From a virus: a stretch of 64,000 nucleotides of DNA. This document shows positions 28,370 to 40,300 of the stretch, piece after piece. The stretch spans positions 27,801 to 91,800 of the IMG/VR virus record IMGVR_UViG_3300021964_007369; one strand, written 5' to 3'. The position numbers were made by a program, and so were the translations under genes. The notes below the pieces were generated by a model, which worked only from the letters and a program-made list of their open reading frames with translations, searched no databases and was not told the origin of the DNA. Positions within the stretch are counted from its first letter, which is position 1. Each line of letters begins with the position of its first letter.

Positions 28370-31300
28370 TTATTCGGGCAACGCGGCTTGCTCTGCCTTC
28401 AAGAAGCGTGTTATCAAATTATTTGTAGTTTCTAATGAACTTCCGTTCGGTGTCCATAGTCTACCAATTTTCCTTGTTATTATTACTTTTTCTCCCATTT
28501 CAGGTGCTACAGCTAGTGTTACAACACTTGTAGTACCGTCTACAGTAAATTCCGCCGGAATTGTTTCATCCGCTTCCGGTGAATCTTGATCAAGCAAAAC
28601 ATTAAACTTACTTATTGAATTTTTACGTAAACGCTTTCCGCCTACAAAAACATCAAATTCGTTGTTAGTAGCAGGAGTAAATCCTAAATCATATGCTGTA
28701 GTACTACCGTCTCCGTCAAATGTAAGTGTTACTGTTTCGTCTTTGTACGGTACAGTTTGCTGGAAGCCTTGATTTAATACTTCACTTCCTGCTGTATGAG
28801 TAGTTGCTACTCCTGTACCTAATGTTCCTCGAGTAAGTTGTGATAACTTGTTTTCAGTCATTTTAAAGAATTCAATTCTTTCACTTCCTATCATAATTAC
28901 TCCAGGTAAATTATCTTTTGGATTAGGCTGGGCAATTCCTGAAACATCATCTAATACTATTTCCTTATCAAATACATTTAAGTCATTTAATAGTCTATAT
29001 TCCTTTGCATCACCTAAGCGTTTGTAAACAGTTCTATTAGTTAAATCTTTAAATTGTCTAAAGCCAAATTTATTTCCAAGCACGCCTTCAGTACTAAACT
29101 GTATAATTTCTATAGTATCGTTATCTGCAGGATTATTTTTTAACTTAATTGCTTTTTTATTGCTTGTAAGTTTATAATCTATACTAGGTGTTAAAAGGAC
29201 TTTATTTAATGTTACCCACACATAGTTTACATCTACAGGAATATTAGGTAACGGTACTACACCATTACGTAATCTATGATATTCTTCATGTTCATCTGTT
29301 CCAACAGTTAATGCAACTCTGTTTACAACATCAAAGTTTTGTTTTTCAATATTTTGTACATCGTGATTACTAAAATGATAAACTTCAATCGTTTGGTTTA
29401 TTGTTGGTATACTATCAAATGTAATTGTAGTAAATCCTGTACTATCATCATCTACAGTTGTTAACGAGTATTCACTATCAACTGTTACATAAATCTCTAA
29501 TAAGTCTCCAGGTACACCAACGCCTTCAAATAATTCAATACTACTATTGAACGGACGTATGATATAGTCCTGAGCACTTATAAGTTCTCTGGTACCATTC
29601 AGATAAACTTTAATATCGTTACTACTTAATTTGCCCGGCTCTTGTTGCCATTCTCTCATTTGATATTCTCTACCAGTAACAACATTAAATGTTTCTTTGT
29701 AACCACTTGATAAAATTGTATTTCCTACTTTTACAATCATATTTTGTATTGCAGGCTGTGCTGTGAAAGGAGTTAGGCTAAGTGTAAACGTTCCTGTTGA
29801 TCCGTCTCCAACAAAATTGTCAATTTTAATCTCACTAAATGTTTGTGCTTCGCCTTCGTAGATTGCATAATTGATAATGCTTCCATCTTTTGGTGCTTCA
29901 CCAAATGTTAACACGTAACGTCCGTCAACTATGTCAATAATACTTTCAGGTACTTTGCCGTCTATCGTTACATAATAATTTACTTCGTCTTGTTTATTAA
30001 CTCTAGTTACAAAAGAAGTTGTTGATCCATCTCCTATAAACACATCCATGTCTAATATTTTTTCACCATTACCTGATAAGCTAACAAGATTTACTAACGA
30101 ACCAGTAGACGGTGCTGTTGTAAATGTTATTTGTTTATTAGCATAGTCAACTGTGTATTGTGTTTTTGCATATAAAGTACTATTAACTTTGATAAACAAA
30201 CTATCTTCATTTTGTGGTAACACACCAAATTTAAATACTGTAGTATTGCCGTCACCTCTGTATGAGTTGCTACTAATAACACTTCCGCCTTTTCCTGATC
30301 TATGGAATACTTTAATGTCAACTGTATCTAATATTTGTCCTGGAACTAATTCTTCCGGACCCTTTGATGTTGTAGGTGTAACAAATCCATCACCATCGAT
30401 AATAATATCTTCTGGTCTAACTCCTGAAGCTGTAGTATAATTTAAATTTCCACCTTGAATAAGTGTATCATAACTTGCAGGGTCTGCAACAAAAGAACCA
30501 TCTGATGTTTGCTTTCTAATTATGAAAATATCTTCATCTTGTACAGTTACAACTTCTTCATCAAATTGTACTATATTTTCTAAGTTCTGATCATCTTGGA
30601 ATGTAAATCCTGTTTGACCGGATCCTGTAATACTAGAAATAATTGCAGAAGTATTTGTTTGTGCATCTGTTCCGAAGTTTGGATCATCTATTCTAATACC
30701 GTTTCTATAAACATTATAAACAGTACCCGAAGCCAAAGGCTTGGCTAATGTATAAACTTTAGTACTATCATCTGTAATTCTAAATACTTCGTCTTCGTAT
30801 GTTGTATCAAATGTATCGTAAGAGCTTGTGAACCATTTATCTGCGTCCCAGCCTGCGCCGCCGCCAAAGTTAATACTGTTAACTTCAACTCCGCCATAAT
30901 CAATTCCCTCTAGTAATTGAGAAAGATCATTTGCTAACATACCTGTTGTTGGATTATAAAATAATGATATCCTGTCTTGTGCTTGCAACATTGTAATATC
31001 TTTGTTATATTTTATAACAATATTACTGTTTGTTGTTGGAGCAGTATTAAACGATACTCTACCTGTTTGTCTAGTATAACCTTTTTTAGTATCTTTGATA
31101 TTAGATATAGTATACTGACTTCTTAGTGCTTCGATACCATTTACTGTTATAGTAACTGAATTTGTATCTAAGCTCATAGGATATTTTAAATCAAATAACT
31201 GTTGGTTTGCTAAACTTACGAAACTTTCGGTAGTATCAAGTGTTTGTAAGAGCATAGTGCCGGTTGTTCTATCAAATTTACAAATAATATGTGCATTTCG

Positions 31301-34300
31301 AATTTTTCCGTTACCTAGTTCTGCACTTACTGAAGCTTCAACGCCACCGTCTTCAATACTTCCGTTTAGTGTAACTGCTGGTGCTGTAATATATCCAGAC
31401 CCTGAATTAGTTACCTTAATACTAGATATTTTTCCGTTAGATCCTAAGTATGCCTGTGCTGTTGCTCCACTACCGCCGCCACCAGTAATTACTACTGCTG
31501 GAGCACTACTATAAAGTTTTCCGGCGTTTCCTATTACAATTTTAGTTATTTCGTATCCAACATTGTCAATAAAATATTTACTAGGATAGATATCTGTCTC
31601 TGCATCGCCTGTTAATACTCTATCACCATCAACAATAATTCCTTGTGGACGTATTTCTCCTGCACGTTCGTTATATACCGGTGGAGCATCAAAATCGGTT
31701 ACACTAGATTGTGAATTTTCAATCTGTGTGTAAGAACTTACATATTCACGTATCTTAGATTTGTATGGCTTTGCTTCTTTGATAAACTCTTCATAACTTG
31801 GTAAACTATCATTTTTAAATGTAATTTTTTGTTCTAAGTTTCCAACATTATGTTTTGCTTTTACAAAACTTGTTTTAAATGCCCAATCAATGTATGGCTG
31901 TTCTGCAAATGCATAACGTAAACTACTAAAGAATAATTTATTATATTCTATTTCAAGATCTGTTATAAAGATTTTTTCTTTAATTGCAGTTAATATTATT
32001 CTTAATTCTTCAACTGGTTGTAAATCAAAAAATCCACTATCGTAACTAATACCGTCAAACCCAGTATTTGATATTTTACTATCATAAATTAAACTGTTAA
32101 ATTTAATTGTACCATTTTGTCTACCAACTGTTTGATAATTTACTGTATAGTCAACACCCGGCAAGTCGTTAATTTTCTTTAGCAATAACCAGCCGCCTGT
32201 TCCTACACTATTAATTTTTACAACACTACCTAACGAGTCTTGTATTGACTCTAATTCGTATGCACCGTTAACAACAAAATTAATTGCAGTGTTTGCATTA
32301 TAGCCTGTGGCATACCAATCAATGTAACTCCAATATCTTGATACATTGTATGCTTGACTTGATGCTCTCTGGAATGTTGTACCTGTTAATGCATAAGTTG
32401 CCCATCTACCACCAATTGTTTCGTCTGCATTTATAAGAATTGTAAATGGCCTAACTATTGCAGAAACAGAATCGCTATAATTTTTACCTTCGTTAATAAT
32501 ATTTGCACTATTAACTTTACCATCAGAATCAATAGTTAATGATATTTCTCCTGCTTCGCCTTGAGAATCAATAATCTCAACTGTAGGAGGAGTAATATAG
32601 CCGGCACCTTGATCAGTAACTTGTATTTCTGCAATTTTGCCATTAACAAGAATTAAGTTTAATTTTGCTTGTTTAACAGTTGCAGTATTAACTAATCTCA
32701 ATTCTGCATATGTATCAATCGAACGATCAAATTCATTACTTGCAATACTCGGTGTAGGCGATCTTCTATTTAAATCACTTAGATCATATTCATCAACGAT
32801 TAACTTTTCTTTTAGTACAATATTAATACGTTCAAATAATTGTTTTACTGCTTCGTTACGGTTTATAAACATACTTTGACGTGGAATGTTTTGTATTCCG
32901 TACTTTTGCTTTGCACTTAGTACAGGATCTGGAACTACTCTTGCCTGAGCATCATATCCAATTAAACTGTCAAACCATTTACGTTCAATATCTACATTAG
33001 GCTTACTATTAGCAAGTCCTTCAGTTAATATTTGATACTCGTTATGTATATTAATATCTTGATTGTCCAACGTCCAATATCTTACATTTAGTGCAATGTC
33101 ATTATCTTCTATTAAACTTTCGCAGTTGTGTAAAGCAAATTTATTGTTACCAAGGAATGTTAAGAATTTGTATCCTTGATTATCAGGGTTGTCAATAAAT
33201 TGTGTAACTTCAAACGCACTTATCTTTCTGCCTGGTATATTTGGAACAATTCTTTTATTCTTAACCCAAAAGTAATAATAAGTTGTAAATGTACCTGTTG
33301 ATTCGTCATACTCTCTTATTAAGCTGTATGCATTGTTACCATATAACGATACACCACTAATACCTTGAGCAAGGCCTGATTCACTATCTGCTAACTGATC
33401 CCATTGTTCTGGATTAAGTGTCGATTGTACCCATTCGTAAACATTAACAGTTGTTCCGGGGAACTTTGAACTAAAATTGTTTATACTTGTTATAATATCA
33501 CCTTGATAAGGATTAATCCAACGTGTTGAATCAATATCCCACCATAGTTTTCCAACAAACTTTTTATTTGTGTAGTTTAGTGTATCTTGTGTTGCTACAT
33601 TATCAGTTACATTACTATATGTTGCAGGATCATAACTTGTTTTAAATGCAAGTTCTTGTTCTGCAGGACCTGCAATTTTTCCTTGTATAGGATCAATATA
33701 GTCTAAGTAAGTAACTAGTTTCTGAGTTTTTGTGTTATACAAAAACGCTCCATTAAATTTTTCTAAGTTTGCTTGATCAATTGGCGAACGTAACGTTCTC
33801 CATGATTTTGACCCTCTTATCTTCTTATAATCTATAATGAGACCTTTTGCAGTTGTACTATCATCTGGATTATCGTATTCAGGTAAACTTACATATACAT
33901 GATTGGAACTTACTTTAACATTATCACCGTAGTATAATACATCTCTGTTTAAACTAAAGTCTTGTGCATATACTAACGTATTATTAATCAGCTCAAATAT
34001 ACTAACTGTTCCACTATCACTGTCAGTGGTTACAAATGTTGTTAATTTATTATCAAATACAGTTGTGCCACTATCAAATCTTGTTTTATTTTCAATGTCT
34101 CCGCCTCTTGACGTAACTGATAGCGTTCCAGCATCGTAACTTAAAGCAGTACCAAACTGTGTGTTAATTTCTTTATCAATACTTCTAATAGTTTGAGTTA
34201 AATCAAATGTTCCGTTTACTTGATTATAAACATAAACAGTTCCGGAGTCAATTGCTTCTACGCTATTTTGTGGAGCACCTATAAATATTTTTGTTCCGTC

Positions 34301-37300
34301 ATCGGAAATACTTAGGCTTGCTCCAAATCCTTCATACTCGCTAATAGGAGAGTCTATAATTTGACTATATTGATATCTTCCGTTTGTCTTTCTATAGACA
34401 GCAACTTTTATTAGTGGCTTAGTACTGTCTTGATGATTAGTATAAGAAGCTGTTGTTACAAGTACTTCACCGTTTGCACTTACATCAAATTGTTCTCCAA
34501 AATTAGTAAGTAAATCTTGTTCAATTGCACTATCATCGCCTAATGTAATTCCACTTAGGTTCGGAATAAAGCCTTGTATTGCTGTGCTTTCAGAAATTTC
34601 AGTCCAAAAGTTGCTATTAAACGCTTGACTTGTAAGATTAGTTTTTGCTGTGTACAATTTATTATTATAGAATACAATTTCATCTTCAAAATAATCTGTT
34701 GTATTATCAAATACACCTCTATACTTAGGATCTTTACCTAATTGGAAAGTTGTATCGGTGCTTGTTTTATTAAAGAAATACAATCTTCCTTCATTATCTT
34801 CAGTATTATTTCCTGATGCATGAGCAATAATTGTATAGGTTGTGCCATCTTTAACAATTTTAATCTTATTACCTAGACGTAGATTATTTTGTGCTGTAGG
34901 CACTGTGAAATATCCATCTAAATTATAATCTTTTCCTGAACTTTTCTTGTATACTCCAATAACACCTTCATTTGTAAACCCACTTGCACTTGCTGTAGAT
35001 GATACTGGAATTTTATTTGTTTGTTGCCAGTCAAAGTTAAACTGATTCGGAGCGTCTACTGTTCTAGTAATACCTGTCTTTGATGTGTCTTCATATATCC
35101 AATATTCTAATCCAGTTAAACTAGTACTTGGACTAATAGGGATATCCTCTCCTTGATCAACTACAATTAATTTTCCAGCTGTTGCTGTATCAAGTTTAGT
35201 ATTAACAATATTACCAACAAGTCTTTCTGTACTATCATTTAAGAAAAACGATAGTGTAGATAAATCATTGTTTGCTTGTCCTAAACTCCAACCTGTAGTT
35301 GTATTTTTAACAAATAATCTTACTCTATCAAATAATCTAATAACTTTGGTTACTTCTGCACTTGCATTTGTTGCTTGGTCAAGAACTGTATCACCTACAA
35401 CAGGTATAAAAGGATTACCTTGTAAGTCAAAGTTTGTAAACAATACTTCAATTTCGCCATCCCATATATCATTTACAACATGTGTTGAACTGTTTAGATA
35501 ACTAAACGACAATCCTATAGCCGACGGGTTTTGTACAGCATTATTAACTCTTAGTGTATTAAGATTAAATCTAAATAGATCACCAATATCTAAAGTAGAG
35601 TTTACTGGTGCTCTAAATATCCATTCACTTGATAATGTTACAACTTCAGTTTGTCCTTCGACAAAACTTAAAGTTTCAATATAACTAATTGGAGTAACTT
35701 GTGCGGCAGGTACTGTTTTTAAATTATCATAGATATTTTGATATAAGTTTACAGTATCTACTTCATCAAGTTTAATAATATCTTTAATTATTAAATTTGG
35801 ATTAGTTTCAGCAACTACATCACTACTAAAAGTAGAACCAACATTTATTAACCACCAGCCATTGTAAGCTGTATAATCAGTTGGGAACACTTTTGTATAT
35901 TCACCTAAGTATGCAACTCCTGAATATATATCATCAGTAGTTTCAAAATCACCATTTACATCTTTTAAATAAATTATTGTTTTATTATCCGGATTATTAA
36001 ACCTATAATAAACTTCTGCTTTACCAGCGGTAGTTTGTACAGTATCACCTACACCCGGAACAGCTTGTGTGTTATCAATAAGAATAATTAAATCAATTTT
36101 TTCAACAATACTATGTTCACCGTTTATAAATTCTTTCGAAAGTACTGGACTATTGTCAAACGGTAATACTCCGCTTGCACTTAAAGTTGTATACTGATTC
36201 CATTTTAATTGTAATTTATCGCCTATCTTTGTAGCTTCGTACTGTGTAGCAGGTGCTTTAATTAAAATATGATCAGTTGCTTCAGATGGAAAGCTATAAT
36301 TTCCTCTAATTATATAAGGTATGTCTGGATAGTTTCCGTTTGCATCTACTAAAGGACTTATATTCAATGCACTACTATTAAATGTAGTAAATGTTGTTGT
36401 TTCTGCAGGGAGTATCTGTCGTCTTGCTCTCCAAAGTTGTTCTTTATACGAAACAATATCACCCTGGGCATAAGTTCTACCAAATTCAAACGTATCTTGA
36501 TATTGAGTCTTTACATTACTTGCATCAGGTGCTCCTATTGCAAAATATTCAGCATCTTTACTTATTGCAATACCCTTGCCAAAATTTGCATCAGCATCAA
36601 ATAGTGTAGAAGCTTCAGGTATATTTTGATTCTTTTTAAAGTCCTCTGATTCAGAAGCTCTTAAGAACACATCTACATCACCAATTCCTGAACTATTTTT
36701 GCCAGAAGCTATAAGTGTAGTGTTGTTAAGATCGACTGAAAAAGCACTTCCTAAAGTAGTACCTGTTTCGTCTGCTTCTATAAGTTTATCTTCTGAGTAA
36801 ATTATGTTATTCTGTAATACTTGCCACTTGCCAGTATCATCGTCATCAACCCATACTGTTTCGTCATTAAATAGTTTTGTTCGTGCAACAAATTCATTTA
36901 AATTTGAAAGTTTACTAATTCTTGCACTTTCAAATTTTGTTAAAAATCCATCAATGTTTTCTTCGTCAGTTACAGTACCTTGAATGGTAAGTTTGTTAAT
37001 ACTAACTTCTGTAACTTTATAGAATCCATCATTAGACGTATTAACTAATCCTACTATATCTCCAACTGTTATACTAGGAATAGTATCTAATGTTAAAGTA
37101 GCAGTATCACCGTTATTAACAATGTCTGTAATTCTATTTTCAGTACCGATGTGCTTATAAACATTCCAACTTTGTTTTTCGATTGCTACCCATACATATT
37201 CACCTGTAGCTACAAGTGTAATATCAAGGTCTGCAATGTTATCATAATTTAAAACTTTAAATTTAACATCGTCAGTATTAACATATCCAGCGTCTTTATA

Positions 37301-40300
37301 AGTTCCATCTGCAAAATACTTTGTAGGAAATGGTTTATGATCATAGTTATTAGGTTTAACATATACATCGCTAGGTAATGCTTTAACAATTAAACTAGTA
37401 TCTCTTGGATCTATTTGATTTACTAAATCAATCGGTTGTGGAGATAGTCTAAAATCTTTTTCATTAAGTTTAATTTCAAATTCTTCAAATCCACTACTTG
37501 CACCATACTGTCCTGACCTAATAGCCCATTCTTCAAAGAACTCTAAGCTCTCTTTACTGGCACTTCCTAGTTTGTCAAATAACTTTGTTAGTGCATTTTT
37601 TGTACCTTTGTCTCTAATAAAGCCTTGATAGAATTTGTATTGGCTAACGGAATCTGGAATAATATTTTCTAAATATTTTCTAGTTTGATAACCTATCAAA
37701 TGCTGTGCAAGTTTTTGTTGCTCAGTATCAAAATTATCACTTTCTAAATCATAAAAGTCTGCAAATTGATTTGCTTTATAATCCCAGTTAGGCAATAATC
37801 CTGATTCAGGTTTACTAGCTAACGCTATGAAATCGTCTGACTGGAATTTTTGTGATCCTATAATTTTGTTTTGTGCAGTATAATAAAACTGTTTGTATTT
37901 TACAATATCACCTATTGCATAATCTTTCCAAGCAACCCATTCAGTAGTTTCAGCAGAGTCATATATAAATCCTGGAATGTCTAGGCCGCCTGTCCAATCA
38001 TCACTTCTATAACCTAAAACTTTAATTCTTTCTTGCCTGTATCCACTTGGCTTATCATAGATAGTATCATTGAATACTGTGCTGTTATCTAATAATACAA
38101 CGTGTTCTTTTTGAACTGTTGGTATTTTAATATGGAATATGCCGTCAGCAGTATTAACAGTTTGTAACCCAAATTGATTACTATTATCTCTCGATATACT
38201 AGAAAACTCAGGAATAAACTTCTTTCCGTCGGCTTTTAGTAAACTATAATCAAAGAAGTTGTTAAACACATCATCAACTACTGCATATTCTTTTTCAAAT
38301 TTAATTATATTAGCACTAGGACTAATTGTTAATAAAGTTCCTTCTTTCCAATTCTGCAAAGTCCAGAACATAAACTCTTTTGCACTTAATTTCCAATCTT
38401 CAATTGATGTAATATTTGAATTGAAATTATCAAAAACAAAACCTTGAGCTTTTAAATATTCACCGTAGCCCAGTATAAAATCTACAACACTTTGTACATC
38501 TGAAAATGTTGTTCCATAACTTACTTCGGAAACTTCTTTTTCGTATACTTTTGCTATTAATGCTGTTGTGCCACCGTCTTCTGGTAAGAAAGGAAGTTTT
38601 GCAAAGTTATCTGCATTAAATGTATCTGAACTAGTATGTGCTGTAGTTACTCTATAAAATGTTGTATTAAACTGTACTATCTGATCCTGTGTATACACAC
38701 TATTAGAATCCCACGAAATAAATGACTGGCTTATTCCACCAATTCTAATTGCAGGATCATTTTGTTGTCTAATAGGAGCAAAATATTTAAACACAGGCGA
38801 AGTTTTATCATAACCTCGTACCATAAACCCATTAGCTCTTTTTTCTATAATAATTCCACTATAAGATACTAAGTCTAAAGGAGAACTAGTGTTTAAAAAT
38901 ATTTTATAATTTTCATCAGGAACAAAAAGATTTCCTTCATTAGTTGGAGTTCTGCTATCAAGAATTAATTTAAATTTATCTTTTTGTGTAAACCCGCCAA
39001 TTTTTATACCTAATTTATTATTAAGAGATTTAATTTCAGTCTTGTATTTTTTATAAGATTCTTCACTATTGCCTAATAAAATTGCTTGCATGTAATTTAC
39101 AAGACCTGAAGTATTTACTCTAGTATCATCATCTGCACCGTTAGGAAAAATAATATTTGTAGGTGACAAACGTTTACCTGTTGTTCCGTAAACTAAGTTT
39201 CCTGAAGCATCTCTTGAAGTTCTACTTCTATCAAATGCTGTTGCAAATACTTTTGATGGTTGATTTATTAGCCATGCTATTAATACTGAGAACGAGTAAT
39301 CAGAACTTTTACGCCATGCACTTTCAACTGGGCCTTCGTCACCGAATCTAAACGAGCTTGCAAATAAAGGTGTAATTGTATTTTTTGCTAATCCAGTTAA
39401 GTTCGGAGGCATTAGGTTTCCGTCATTATCAACAGGAATATATTTTAATAAATCTACATGTTTATATTTAGAAACTGTTTTTGTAGGTTGGTTTATAATT
39501 CCGTTTTGTATATCTGTCCATAAAACAAGGTTATCACTTGTATAAGGTGCAGTACCATATTCATCATCCCACCATGTGGGTTTGATAGTAAATCCTAAAC
39601 ACTCCCACGGATGTGTATGAGGTCTATCAGTTCCGTAGTATTCTTTATATATTGCTCTCCAATATCCAGGTAAATTATCTCCGTTTGGATATTGAGCGTG
39701 ACTATAATTATAAGTAAATCCATTGCCTATAGCATGTATTGTATTGTTTGTATAATCTATACTGCCAACTAAATCTAACCATTGATTAAAATCTACAATT
39801 AAAGAACTAGTAATTTCATATCGGTCAAAGTTTGTAGGATTTTCATAAGAACCTATAAAATCTTCTATATTAAATATAGTTTGATCGTATGCTTGCTTTA
39901 TATTATTGTAGATTCTTTTTTCTAATTCAATAATTAAATTATCTCTATAATCACCATAGGCTTTAATCTTACTTCCGTCGTGACCTTGAATCGTACATAC
40001 TAGTTTTGGATATGATTCGTAATCGTCAATATTATTTCCTGCTTCAGTACCACCAGTTGTAGGTAGATAAAAAACAATATTTGAACCATCAAACATAATA
40101 GGCTTGCTAGTTCCGTTGCCGCCGTTGTCAGTATCTAAAGAATTAGCATCTACTTCAGTAGTATACAAAGGATAATACCAGCCAAGTTTATTATTTTCAG
40201 TTCCGTATATTTTAAATGGGCCAGTTGTTTCAGGATCATTTAATACATATGAATCATCTATTGTAGCTGTAGGTATATACTTCGGATACAATCCTAATTT

